In this document: positions 1-8,985 of the stretch, piece after piece
Layout of the letters: the number at the start of each line of letters is the position of its first letter
Position numbering within the stretch: the first letter of the stretch is position 1
Origin: a virus
Taxonomy: Duplodnaviria > Caudoviricetes
Direction: 5' to 3' (one strand)
Length of the DNA: 53,218 nt
IMG/VR virus record: IMGVR_UViG_3300032116_000277
Coordinates: 1 to 53,218 of that record
Made by a program: the position numbers and the translations under genes
The notes under the pieces: generated by a model
What the model saw: the letters and a program-made list of their open reading frames with translations, nothing else
Told to the model about the DNA's origin: nothing
Databases searched by the model: none

Positions 1-1
1 C

Positions 2-658
2 TTTAAGACCGTAAGCTTTGTTACTGAACTCTGCACTTACAGGTAATTCATTGATTACTTCTTTGCTGTCAAACTCAGTTACATCACATCCAATAAGCCT
101 ACACACTTGCTCATTAGTCTTAATAATGTCAACCGCGTCTGTACAAAACTTAAAAGTGTCAGGATCAATAAGTGTTTTATCCCCTTTGGTTTTTAAGAAC
201 TCCCAGTATGATATAGCTTCAGGAGTAACAATTTTGTCTAGGCGTTGCTGATCTGTCTTAAGATTCTGGAAGTAGTTCATGTCTTTCATAACATCCAGGA
301 TAGCACCGTCAAACTGTGCAAGCTCTGTACGGTCATCACCGTTACGACTTAGTTCTGTGTAGTGTTTAAATACTCTGTCAACTACTACTCTAAGATTTCC
401 TGATGGAAGAGTGGAAGGAGTCATCATAAACTCTTTCTCAAACTTTTCAGGCTCTAATAGGAGTAGGTGGATTAGTTTACCTTGAACTAGATGTGCATCT
501 AGCTTCTCTTCTTTCAGACCCAGTACATACATTTGATAAAAGATCTGAGGATTCCAGATCAGTTTGTTCAAGCTACTGTACGAGTAGAAGAACTTTCTAT
601 TATAGAAATCTTTTTCTAAGACTTCTATTGATTCTTGCATTATGCTTTCTAGTTCCAT
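2..658 (-). CDS. PD-(D/E)XK-type exonuclease (RecE/DUF3799-like), 3' end outside window
   Basis: Not in the ORF track. ATG at 658 opens MELESIMQESIEVLEKDFYNRKFFYSYSSLNKLIWNP...LVQGKLIHLLLLEPEKF, open to the window edge. The SYSSL...G..IH.LLLEP pattern is typical of the N-terminus of phage exonucleases. Confidence 0.65.
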   Translation of the reverse strand, partial: MELESIMQESIEVLEKDFYNRKFFYSYSSLNKLIWNPQIFYQMYVLGLKEEKLDAHLVQGKLIHLLLLEPEKFEKEFMMTPSTLPSGNLRVVVDRVFKHYTELSRNGDDRTELAQFDGAILDVMKDMNYFQNLKTDQQRLDKIVTPEAISYWEFLKTKGDKTLIDPDTFKFCTDAVDIIKTNEQVCRLIGCDVTEFDSKEVINELPVSAEFSNKAYGLK

Positions 659-660
659 AG

Positions 661-1083
661 TTATGCGTTATTGATTTTCCAAGTTGATTGTTCTTTACCA
701 CACTCTTCACATAGTGTAGCTATCCAACCTTTTGTTTGTCCTATGTTTTTCTCAGATCCACATTTTTGACAGGTTAGTGAGCACAAGTGCTCTGCCATAT
801 AGATCATACCGTCTGTATGATTATCTCCTCCGTTTACATAGAAGCGTAGTCCACCAAACTTCTCTTTCATCTGCGTGCAGGTTACTTGAGGAGTCTTATA
901 TGTTTTACCTTCTGTATATCGGGTTACATTATCTATGTATGATTGAATAGCTCCACATAGTTTATCTACTACTGGTATCCAACCTTCAGGCAGATCTAAC
1001 CAGTTAACCATACCAGGATTACCTTCGTACTGCTCAAAAATCTTAGGATACTTGAGTATTAGTTCTTCTAGTTTACTGGCCAT
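661..1083 (-). CDS. Conserved phage hypothetical protein (QxKEKFGGLRFY family) with CxxC pairs
   Basis: QMKEKFGGLRFY, CQKCG, LCEEC. Confidence 0.65.
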   Translation of the reverse strand: MASKLEELILKYPKIFEQYEGNPGMVNWLDLPEGWIPVVDKLCGAIQSYIDNVTRYTEGKTYKTPQVTCTQMKEKFGGLRFYVNGGDNHTDGMIYMAEHLCSLTCQKCGSEKNIGQTKGWIATLCEECGKEQSTWKINNA

Positions 1084-1223
1084 ATGCCCAACTGTTGAAG
1101 TTTTCTACGAATACGCTCCTGCGTTCTTGGGTCTACTGTAAATGCTTCTTCGTATTCCAGAAATGCAATGATCTGGTCATATTCTTTTTGAATGTCTTCT
1201 ACAGACTTAGTTACGGTTTCCAT
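1068..1223 (-). CDS. Small hypothetical protein (51 aa)
   Basis: METVTKSVEDIQKEYDQIIAFLEYEE...; fills the gap and overlaps both neighbours. Confidence 0.55.
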   Translation of the reverse strand: METVTKSVEDIQKEYDQIIAFLEYEEAFTVDPRTQERIRRKLQQLGIWPVN

Positions 1224-1432
1224 TATAGTGAATTTATAAGGTTGATTACGTCAGCTTGGTTCTTTGGCTTGAATACACGTATTGGACCTTGTTGTTCATC
1301 GTTGTAAATAGTAACAACGGCATATTTTATAAGCTTATTAAGTTCTTTTCTAGCATCTGTTAAGTTGCTGAATGCTAGATTAAAAGTCTCATTAGTATCG
1401 TTGTTAGTATACTTTATCAAATAGATAGTCAT
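1223..1432 (-). CDS. Hypothetical protein
   Basis: ORF coupled to neighbours (ATGA overlap). Confidence 0.55.
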   Translation of the reverse strand: MTIYLIKYTNNDTNETFNLAFSNLTDARKELNKLIKYAVVTIYNDEQQGPIRVFKPKNQADVINLINSL

Positions 1433-1884
1433 GATTTAAAACAGTTTTGCATATCCCGGATATAGTAACGGCCCAGGATGTTTCCGTTATAGCTTCCGCC
1501 ATTTAATACTTCTAGTTTAATCTGCCACTTAATCTCACAGAAGCTTAAATATTTCTTTGTGCAGCAGAGTTCTAGTATTGTGCGTTTAAATCTTTGCTTA
1601 CCATACTTCTGTATGTCATCTTGTAGTTCTTTACAAGAGCCATGATAATCTTTCCAGTCAGACTCTTTTATAGTCCGCTGATATGTTTTACGGGTCTTAG
1701 TAGCTTTCTTTAAACGCTGTGAGATTTTTGTTTTACGAACATTACGCAGGACCTTTTTACCTACGTAGAATTTGTATGTAATTGTATCTTGTATCAGATA
1801 TACAAACCCGTGGATGTTCTCATGATCTGGAAGGTCTTCTATAGTATGGACCTCTTTGTTTTTATAAAACCAGGGTTGTTGCAT
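1429..1884 (-). CDS. GIY-YIG-family nuclease-like protein
   Basis: GFVYLI...KFYVGKK, later YHGS and C-terminal YNGNI. Confidence 0.65.
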   Translation of the reverse strand: MQQPWFYKNKEVHTIEDLPDHENIHGFVYLIQDTITYKFYVGKKVLRNVRKTKISQRLKKATKTRKTYQRTIKESDWKDYHGSCKELQDDIQKYGKQRFKRTILELCCTKKYLSFCEIKWQIKLEVLNGGSYNGNILGRYYIRDMQNCFKS

Positions 1885-1906
1885 AGGGATATGGATTAGC
1901 TCTACA

Positions 1907-1914
1907 AATATAAT
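1907..1914 (-). promoter_or_regulatory. Bacteroidota -7 promoter element TAnnTTTG (TATATTTG)
   Basis: Reverse complement of caaatata upstream of the ORF starting at 1884; coordinates approximate. Confidence 0.45.
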
Positions 1915-1925
1915 GTAGAACTTAT

Positions 1926-2894
1926 TTAGTTCTCCAACTTTTTATTCAGAATGGGGACTAATCTGTCACGCACTTCCCGTGCAGTATAATCTCTGATAGA
2001 GTCAGATACATCTTTGCTCATTGGTAGTACAGCTGTCTGGACACCTGGGTACACTTCTTGGTAACGTTCCATGGCTTTTATTCCTGCTTCGTCATAGTCA
2101 AAAAGAACAACCACCTTTTTGTACTTTTTCAGGTACTCATTCATTAGCTCCTTTTTGATCAGGGAGTTCTCTGAGTCTGGGGCTATGATGTCTATAGAAA
2201 GCTTTAGACTTTTTAGAGACATGATATCTTTAAGAGAACTGGTTATGATTAAAAATGGGTGGTTTTTAATCTGTTCAGAACCTTGAACATAGTCAGAAAC
2301 TTTAATGAACTTCTTATCCAGGGTCTTTGGTTGGTAGATTTTGTAAAGACTGCCGTCTGCTTTATGATATCCGTATAGATAGTTTCCTTTGATACAAAGT
2401 TCTTTATCATCTTTTATCATATAGTATGACTCTAAAGGAATCACATGGTGCTCAGTTAAAAGCTTGGTTCCAATATTAAACTGGGTCCAGAAATACTGAT
2501 CCGATGTATTCCACTGTCTAGACTTAGTAGACGATACTTTGTATTTACTTGCCTGTTTAAACTCTTGAAGATCATAGCCTCCGTTGTTATGCAGGACAAA
2601 GTCATTATACTTTTCTACTACCTGCTGACAAGCTTTATAGTATGAAAGCTGGGTAATATCTTTAACCAGATCTATTGCAGAGCCATATTTACCTGATGAG
2701 AAATCCTTATATCTGTATACGTTATCCTTATTAAGATAAATACACATGCTAGGAGTACGTTCTTTAGGATTGAATATACTCTTGATTTTTACGTCATGAC
2801 CGTTAAGCTTTTCTTTGAGCTTGCAAAAGTGCTCAAATATCCAGGACACCGGGACATCTTTGACGTCATGCACTAAGTTTTTTGTAATAAACAT
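1926..2894 (-). CDS. DNA primase (Toprim)
   Basis: N-terminal SIFNPKERTPS...YKDFSSG; Toprim-like ITSSLKDIMSL, FDYDEAG, KDVSD; located in the replication cluster. Confidence 0.8.
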   Translation of the reverse strand: MFITKNLVHDVKDVPVSWIFEHFCKLKEKLNGHDVKIKSIFNPKERTPSMCIYLNKDNVYRYKDFSSGKYGSAIDLVKDITQLSYYKACQQVVEKYNDFVLHNNGGYDLQEFKQASKYKVSSTKSRQWNTSDQYFWTQFNIGTKLLTEHHVIPLESYYMIKDDKELCIKGNYLYGYHKADGSLYKIYQPKTLDKKFIKVSDYVQGSEQIKNHPFLIITSSLKDIMSLKSLKLSIDIIAPDSENSLIKKELMNEYLKKYKKVVVLFDYDEAGIKAMERYQEVYPGVQTAVLPMSKDVSDSIRDYTAREVRDRLVPILNKKLEN

Positions 2895-2960
2895 AGCAGC
2901 GGTGTTAGAAATAAAAAATGGGGACTAGTAAAAACCAGTCCCCGTGATAACCATTAAACC

Positions 2961-3572
2961 TTACATTGAAAAATCATCAGTGGCTGGCTCAAAGCTTCCA
3001 ACAGTCTTTGTTACTAAAGCTTTATAGTGATACTTATTTGATTTATCAAACTTGTCAAGCTTAGCTTCATCAATAGAAACAAACTTGTATTTTGGCAGAG
3101 ATAGTTTTACAATAGTCTTTCCATTGTATTCTTCCTCTGTACCCTTTAAGAACCAATATAAGTTCTGACCTTTTACTAGATCAATTACTTCTTTAACCCA
3201 TTCTTCAATGGTGTTAGCCTGAATAGAATCTAGTTCATGTTTAAGACCAAGTTCTGTAGCAATAATAGTTAGCTTATACATGATCTCATTACGAGATACG
3301 TTTGTATTAGCAAACTCGTCAGTCCACATAGTGGCTCCAACACGAGCTGTCTGACCTTTGTACTTAGGTCCATCAGGGTTGTCTTTGTCAATTGGCCATC
3401 CTTCAAAGTTTTCAAGAGCTGGTCCCTCTAAATAGAGTTCCAGTACTTTCTTGTCACCTTTGTTTGATGTACGCAGTTGACCACTGTTAATGTGAGCATA
3501 AACTACTCCGGGGTTAAATGACTTGGAAGAACCGCCACTTTGTTTTACTTCCTGTCCGCTTGTACTGAACAT
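2961..3572 (-). CDS. Putative single-stranded DNA-binding protein
   Basis: Between the AAA_24 ATPase and primase; acidic/aromatic C-terminal tail (ATDDFSM). Inferred from context. Confidence 0.4.
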   Translation of the reverse strand: MFSTSGQEVKQSGGSSKSFNPGVVYAHINSGQLRTSNKGDKKVLELYLEGPALENFEGWPIDKDNPDGPKYKGQTARVGATMWTDEFANTNVSRNEIMYKLTIIATELGLKHELDSIQANTIEEWVKEVIDLVKGQNLYWFLKGTEEEYNGKTIVKLSLPKYKFVSIDEAKLDKFDKSNKYHYKALVTKTVGSFEPATDDFSM

Positions 3573-3604
3573 ACGCTGTGTTTTTGAATTTAAAAAATGA
3601 GGAA

Positions 3605-4288
3605 TTAGTTTTCATAAGTATATATAGACTCTTTAACAAGAGCCAAGTCATTAGCTATCTCAAAGCTGTCAAACATGCCTTTAGGACTTTTGCATGTATT
3701 CTCACCATTGTTTTGTGTCTCAAATACAAAACGGATGTTGCCATCTTTGTCTTTCTTGACTTTACCAAAGAGAACAATAGAGAACAAACCTTCTAGGCTA
3801 AGCTTCTCATCAACCATACGGCCGATAGTCTTTGCTTTAAACTTGCGTTTACCTTCTAAGTCTGTTGACTCTTCAGCATGTGTAAGAAAGAAAATAGTAA
3901 GATCATCTCTGAGATCCTTAGGCATACGTGCAATGCGAGCTAGGTTAGCACCGATCTGAGTAAATTTCTCATAGCCTTTCTCATCGCTGCGGTCAAAGAA
4001 CTCAAAGCTAGACATGTACTGAAAGTCATCAATGACAATAGTCTTGATTTCAGGACGTTTAGAGTTGATGTAACCTAAAGCTGCTTCAATTTGTTGTGCG
4101 GAAGAACCGGTGTACAGATTACCTGTAGGGTTATCTTTACTCCATTGGATGTACTTTTTCTTCCAGCCTTTGAAAGGGAGAGGCTTGTTAGCTACGTTAA
4201 TAATAAATGTTTCTTTTGGGTCCAGGTTTTCTATACTGGTAGATTTACCAGCACCGGACTCTGCAATAACTAGGATGCCTTGTGCCAT
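3605..4288 (-). CDS. AAA_24 / Sak4-like P-loop ATPase
   Basis: AESGAGKS Walker A, IVIDD Walker B, FLTH, CKSPKGMF. Confidence 0.75.
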   Translation of the reverse strand: MAQGILVIAESGAGKSTSIENLDPKETFIINVANKPLPFKGWKKKYIQWSKDNPTGNLYTGSSAQQIEAALGYINSKRPEIKTIVIDDFQYMSSFEFFDRSDEKGYEKFTQIGANLARIARMPKDLRDDLTIFFLTHAEESTDLEGKRKFKAKTIGRMVDEKLSLEGLFSIVLFGKVKKDKDGNIRFVFETQNNGENTCKSPKGMFDSFEIANDLALVKESIYTYEN

Positions 4289-4289
4289 A

Positions 4290-4865
4290 TTACTTAGATG
4301 TTGATTTTATAAGTTCGTTAAGCCATGTTTTAGCACTAACAGGTTTGCCTGTAGTAATAGCCATAAAGTCACGGATTGTCATCTCGCTGTATGGACCATC
4401 TTCCATAGGAGCAGGTGCTTTATAAGCTGTAACTTGTTTTATGTTTTGAGGCTTAGCTGTTTCTAGTAACGCTGATTGACCATTGATAGCAACACTTTGT
4501 GCATCAATAGCTCTTAGCTCTTCTAACGGTACTAGATAAGAACCTTTTTCATTGATCTCATACTCCTCTTCAAATGAAGAGTTATATGGTATACGATATA
4601 CTGTTCGGTTAGGATCTGCTGGTTCTAGATCACGAGTGATTAGTTCAAAGTAGAATCCTTTTTCTTTCTTAAACTCAGATGCAAAAATTCCAACTACCAT
4701 TCTAGCTTGCTTATCATAGAAAGCCATCTTCATATTGAAGTCTGTTCTAGGAATGCCAAGGTTATTAATTAACGACTGATGGTAGTCTCTGACTTCTTCA
4801 AGTCTTTGTTTCTTAAACTCTTTGACATCGTCTTGAGTTAGTGTTTGTTGTGATGTGTTGAACAT
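4290..4865 (-). CDS. Hypothetical protein
   Basis: 191-aa ORF within the operon. Confidence 0.7.
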   Translation of the reverse strand: MFNTSQQTLTQDDVKEFKKQRLEEVRDYHQSLINNLGIPRTDFNMKMAFYDKQARMVVGIFASEFKKEKGFYFELITRDLEPADPNRTVYRIPYNSSFEEEYEINEKGSYLVPLEELRAIDAQSVAINGQSALLETAKPQNIKQVTAYKAPAPMEDGPYSEMTIRDFMAITTGKPVSAKTWLNELIKSTSK

Positions 4866-4876
4866 GTGATTGTGTT

Positions 4877-5938
4877 TTAATCTAATTCACTACCAATAGG
4901 AGCAGATATATTTCTTGTACCTCCACCTCCTGTTCTTTGTGAATAACGTAAGTATGTTCCGTCAGGTCTTGTTGCTGTGAACTCTGGTACTTCTACCATA
5001 CGCTGGTTCTTGCCATCCATTTTTAGGAAGACAATACTTTTTTGTTCGTCACCATTACGTACTTTAAGAAGGTGCATAAAGACATCTTCTTTGTTTACTT
5101 CGTAAGCATAAGGACCGTATGAACGAATGTCAGATTTAAAAGGTCTTGATAGAGCTACTACCATATCAGATCCTTGCATCAGTGCGTCACCGCCAAAGAT
5201 GTCAGAGCTTGTAGGATAGTTTGCAATAGACCCAGGTGTTTTACGTGAAGACTCATCCATGGATCTGTTTAACTGAGTGATCATTACAACAGTAATAGGA
5301 ATCTCATTTTTTAATCTCATGAGAACTTCTGTTGTGTTGTAGAGAACATCAAACTTATCTTTTTCTGAGCTTGTTCTTTTGATAAGCCAACTGTGATCTA
5401 TTGTAACAATCATTGGCTTACGTCCGCCATCCACGTACTTGATCTTTATAGCGTCTTCTATTTCTTTGTGATTAAGAGATATAGGAAACATATCTCTGTG
5501 TATTCCTTTAGAAAAAAGGAACTTCGTTTCTTGGATATACTGTTTAGCTCTTTCGTAGATAAAATTATCTAACGCTTTTTCTGTACTTAAGATGACTCCA
5601 TAGTCTTCAGCAACCTCAGCTGCAAACTGACGTGCTGCGTACTGCTTGGCACCCATCTCAAACTGGAACTCAACAATATTAAACTTCTGATCAGGATTAA
5701 GGCGGTGTGCTTCTCTTATTATTTGAGAGGCTATCATAGTCTTTCCTGCACCAGGACGTGCACCGATAGTGAGCATAGATCCCCACTCAAGTCCACCAAC
5801 GCCTGCTTGATTAAAGCCAGGCCATGGTGTCTTAAGAGACTTGATCTCACCGGTCATTCTCTTTTCTATGTATGTCAAACCTTCTTCTAGAACGCTGACA
5901 TAACTTCTGCATCCGTATTTTTCTTCTGCTAGCCCCAT
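4877..5938 (-). CDS. dnaB: Replicative DnaB-like (SF4) helicase
   Basis: GARPGAGKT, QFEM, VTIDH, ITQLNR, SDIFGGDALMQGSDMV, KVRNG. Confidence 0.85.
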   Translation of the reverse strand: MGLAEEKYGCRSYVSVLEEGLTYIEKRMTGEIKSLKTPWPGFNQAGVGGLEWGSMLTIGARPGAGKTMIASQIIREAHRLNPDQKFNIVEFQFEMGAKQYAARQFAAEVAEDYGVILSTEKALDNFIYERAKQYIQETKFLFSKGIHRDMFPISLNHKEIEDAIKIKYVDGGRKPMIVTIDHSWLIKRTSSEKDKFDVLYNTTEVLMRLKNEIPITVVMITQLNRSMDESSRKTPGSIANYPTSSDIFGGDALMQGSDMVVALSRPFKSDIRSYGPYAYEVNKEDVFMHLLKVRNGDEQKSIVFLKMDGKNQRMVEVPEFTATRPDGTYLRYSQRTGGGGTRNISAPIGSELD

Positions 5939-5952
5939 AATGTAAGTATGAA

Positions 5953-6168
5953 TTACTTTGAAAAAACTTCGTCCATCAGGCTTTGAAGAGAATCAAGACC
6001 TTCAGCTTTACCTGTGTAGTAAGCTTTATTCATCATCTTACTTACGATAGTCTCAAGAATAGAGTAGTTAATTAATTTAACTTCATCACCGGTATCTCCG
6101 GTGAGCCTAGCAGAGGGGAGTTGAGTAAAGAGCTGTTTTAGCTCCTCTTTGTGTGTTAGTGTTTCCAT
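5953..6168 (-). CDS. Hypothetical protein (likely start METLTHKEE at 6168)
   Basis: The upstream part of the track ORF is intergenic and overlaps the next gene. Confidence 0.55.
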   Translation of the reverse strand: METLTHKEELKQLFTQLPSARLTGDTGDEVKLINYSILETIVSKMMNKAYYTGKAEGLDSLQSLMDEVFSK

Positions 6169-6248
6169 GTGGAATGTGTTTTGTAAGTGTAAATGTAGAA
6201 CTAAAACTGTAGAACAACAAAAAAGTCTACATAATAATCTACAACTTT

Positions 6249-6827
6249 TTAGGCAGTTTTTAGAATCTCTGGGTTGTCTAATATCATCTGGCAATGGTCG
6301 GCCAGGGCTGAGCGGCTAATCTTAGTACGAGGGTCAGTCTTCTGTATAAAATAAGAGCTGTTAATCATGTACAAGTAACCGTCTTTCTGCTTGGTATACA
6401 CGTAGTAATCAGTGGCATCCAGTACCAGGTCCCAGTCAAACTCAGGATAGGTTTTAAAGAACCAAACAAACTTGTCCTTAAGTTCCTGTACCGACTGTCT
6501 AGCCAGTTCTCCAGAAGGTAATTTCTGGGCAGGAAACATGTTTCTGTAGGTAGTTATAGCGTTAAATGCGTCAGTACCAAGGATTTCTGAAGCTACCCTC
6601 TTTTTTGTCTTGGCTAGTAAAGTTTCAAATTCATCCAGGATAAATAGTGCCCCGGGAGTTAGTTTACCATCTTGTCCGATATGACCTCTGTTTGTAGCGG
6701 ATTCTCTTTCAGCATCTACATCTATGAGGCTGGTCGGTTTAATTTTGTTTCTGCAGCAATCAAGGAAGTAGAGCTGGTTCGGGCTCACATTGTACTTGAT
6801 TAGCGTTGTCCATAGTTGGTGACTCAT
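6249..6827 (-). CDS. Hypothetical protein of the replication module
   Basis: 192-aa ORF in the operon. Confidence 0.7.
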   Translation of the reverse strand: MSHQLWTTLIKYNVSPNQLYFLDCCRNKIKPTSLIDVDAERESATNRGHIGQDGKLTPGALFILDEFETLLAKTKKRVASEILGTDAFNAITTYRNMFPAQKLPSGELARQSVQELKDKFVWFFKTYPEFDWDLVLDATDYYVYTKQKDGYLYMINSSYFIQKTDPRTKISRSALADHCQMILDNPEILKTA

Positions 6828-7266
6828 AATGTTCTTTTATATAGGTGAGGATTGTAAGATATTTCTGCCTAAAGGTTTCACAGGTCTGTAAAAGGTTTTT
6901 ACAAGAACTAACATTATGGATTACCGTTGTATGATCTCTTTTGCCTAGACTTTCACCTATACTTATTAGGCTGTAACCCAGCTGTCTGGCAAGAAAACAG
7001 TATATGCTTCTGAGTTCTACGATTTCTCTATACCGGTCTTTACTTTGAAGTCTTACTATCCTGCCATACTTAGTAGGTAAGAATGGTTGGAAGAATTCTT
7101 CCAGTGACTGCAGGCTCATCATAGGTATGTACTGATCCATGTCTGTTTGTACTCGGGTTATTACTGTTGGGTAATACCCCATCTTTTCATAGAAAGAGTC
7201 TTTAAACTGCTCTATCAGCTTCTTTTCAAGCTGGATAGCATAGGTTTTTGGGTCCATAAATTTCAA
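6760..7266 (-). CDS. Protein with a DnaA domain IV-like (Bac_DnaA_C) HTH
   Basis: EIVELRSIYCFLARQLGYSLISIGESLGKRDHTTVIH matches the SLxxIGxxFGxRDHTTVxH signature. Confidence 0.8.
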   Translation of the reverse strand: MKFMDPKTYAIQLEKKLIEQFKDSFYEKMGYYPTVITRVQTDMDQYIPMMSLQSLEEFFQPFLPTKYGRIVRLQSKDRYREIVELRSIYCFLARQLGYSLISIGESLGKRDHTTVIHNVSSCKNLLQTCETFRQKYLTILTYIKEHYESPTMDNANQVQCEPEPALLP

Positions 7267-7307
7267 AGGGTTTGGTCTACAAATATAGGTAAGTTCTACA
7301 AAATTTC

Positions 7308-7324
7308 GTATATTATATTGTAGA
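7308..7324 (+). promoter_or_regulatory. Putative phage late promoter GTATATTATATTGTAGA
   Basis: Near-identical copies at 41766-41782 and 51946-51963, each upstream of a plus-strand operon. Confidence 0.55.
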
Positions 7325-7370
7325 GTTTATTTAGGCCCTACATATTCTAGGTTTATAAATCTTATATAAG

Positions 7371-7643
7371 ATGTCAAAGAAGTTCTATGCTCAGAAAGAT
7401 GCTCTGGGCTGGCCTATCCCCGGTACAATGATGAGTGGTGCTAAGGTGCCTGCTAATCTCGTTGAGATTCCTGCAGCTAATGTAGCTCCAGGTGCTAATC
7501 AGGTAGCTGTTTCTCACCCTGAGAAGCTCCGCTATTTTGTACGTAAGGACAAGAAAGGAAACATCATCCCTAACACATTGATTATCAGCTTGAAAAAGCC
7601 AGCTGGGGATGTCTATGAGTTCAAACTTGTAAAGGCTAGCTAA
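7371..7643 (+). CDS. Hypothetical protein
   Basis: First ORF after the putative late promoter; internal duplication (KDALGWPIPGT / KDKKGNIIPNT). Confidence 0.7.
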   Translation: MSKKFYAQKDALGWPIPGTMMSGAKVPANLVEIPAANVAPGANQVAVSHPEKLRYFVRKDKKGNIIPNTLIISLKKPAGDVYEFKLVKAS

Positions 7644-7645
7644 AG

Positions 7646-7948
7646 ATGGTAAAGGAAAATCCGGCTATTGCAGCATTCAAAGTCTGGGTGTTTCCCAGTC
7701 TTGTGTCTATTGTCAGTCTGATGATCTGGAATGACGTCAACGAAATTAAAGCTGATGTCAAGGCTCTTATGGCCCAGTCTAATATAGACAAGACTCGTAT
7801 AGACAACCTAGAACGTCAAGTCTACGGAGGAAAGACAGCAGCTAATACTCCGGGTAAAGAAAACCCTAAGCCTTTTATAGCCAACGAGTTATATGCTGTG
7901 CTACCTGACAATACATCTAATCCTAAACCTAAAAAACGTACTATATGA
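7646..7948 (+). CDS. Membrane protein (1 TM plus coiled coil), holin-associated
   Basis: VWVFPSLVSIVSLMIW followed by a heptad region; lysis context. Confidence 0.5.
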   Translation: MVKENPAIAAFKVWVFPSLVSIVSLMIWNDVNEIKADVKALMAQSNIDKTRIDNLERQVYGGKTAANTPGKENPKPFIANELYAVLPDNTSNPKPKKRTI

Positions 7949-8193
7949 GTTTTAAGCAATGGTTATTGGACCTCTTCAAAGATGAACGCGGGTCTACATC
8001 TATTAAGCCGGTAGTTGGATTTATGGGTGCACTGTTTCTCTGTGTAACTCTTACAGCAAACTCTTTTACTCACGGTGATATCAAGCCGTCTGATGCTCTT
8101 GTGGACGCTGTTCTTATTATGACCTGTGTGGGTATAGGAGCAGACAGCGTAGATAAATTCAGCCACAAGAAAAAGAAAGAAGATGAAGCTTAA
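7945..8193 (+). CDS. Putative holin (2 TM, charged C-terminus)
   Basis: Two hydrophobic segments, HKKKKEDEA tail, upstream of the endolysin. Confidence 0.5.
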   Translation: MSFKQWLLDLFKDERGSTSIKPVVGFMGALFLCVTLTANSFTHGDIKPSDALVDAVLIMTCVGIGADSVDKFSHKKKKEDEA

Positions 8194-8815
8194 TAAGTAT
8201 ACGATAGGTATTCTGGTAGTTATTGGTCTTATCCTGCTATCCCGCGTTGGTTGCAACAACGGATTTGGCTTTTTTGATAAGCCTAAAGCAGATACTGTAG
8301 TAGTTCGTGACACTGTATGGAACGAGCATGACAGTACTATTATACGCCAAATGACTATCCGGGAAGTAATCTATGATATTGATACTCTTCCTCCTCAGTA
8401 CTTGCCTGATACAAACTATGCAGCTTTAAAGTTGCAGTTTGAGGCACTGGTTAAAGAGCATGCTTCAAAGAATGTATACTCTGATACTTTGAAACTAGAT
8501 ACTCTGGGTTACATAGCTGTAGCAGATACTACACAGTTTAATAAACTATTAAATAGATCCTACGACTATAAATATAAGATTCCTACTATAACCGAAAAGA
8601 TCACCATTACCAAGTATCCTCCTAAACGTAATCAAGTTTATATAGGAGGTGCTATAAATGTTGATGCAAAGCTTGCTCCCAGCACAGCTGAAGTAGGATT
8701 AATTCTAAAGACCAAGCGTGATCAGATTATGGGTGTAAAAGCCGGTTCTGATATCAATGGCAATGTAAACTACGGATTCCAGAGTTACTGGAAGATCGGA
8801 TCTAAAAACAGATAA
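8183..8815 (+). CDS. Membrane-anchored protein, putative spanin-like lysis accessory
   Basis: N-terminal TM, DTVVVRDT repeats, beta-rich C-terminus; lysis context. Confidence 0.45.
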   Translation: MKLNKYTIGILVVIGLILLSRVGCNNGFGFFDKPKADTVVVRDTVWNEHDSTIIRQMTIREVIYDIDTLPPQYLPDTNYAALKLQFEALVKEHASKNVYSDTLKLDTLGYIAVADTTQFNKLLNRSYDYKYKIPTITEKITITKYPPKRNQVYIGGAINVDAKLAPSTAEVGLILKTKRDQIMGVKAGSDINGNVNYGFQSYWKIGSKNR

Positions 8816-8816
8816 T

Positions 8817-8975
8817 ATGAAAATGTTGATTCAAAAGCTTCTCAGCCTCTTCAAAAAGAAAGTAGTGAAGAAGGTTGAAGAGGTAAAGGCACAAACTATG
8901 CCTGCACCCGCTGCTCCAGTACAGCAGAAGAAGAAAAAGAAGTACTACAAACCCAAGCCTAAGGCTAATATTTAA
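8817..8975 (+). CDS. Small Lys-rich protein (52 aa)
   Basis: MKMLIQKLLSLFKKKVVKKVEE...KKKKKYYKPKPKANI fills the gap before the endolysin. Confidence 0.55.
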   Translation: MKMLIQKLLSLFKKKVVKKVEEVKAQTMPAPAAPVQQKKKKKYYKPKPKANI

Positions 8976-8985
8976 TTCTTAGTAT

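Noticed and set aside
3675-3959. Antisense and alternative-frame ORFs in the track (for example 3675..3959, 7963..8313, 11997..12344, 15103..15417, 19878..20198, 38067..38444, 39051..39248, 40650..40943, 48802..49077)
   Set aside because: They are shadows of better-supported genes or RNA elements and carry no recognisable motifs.
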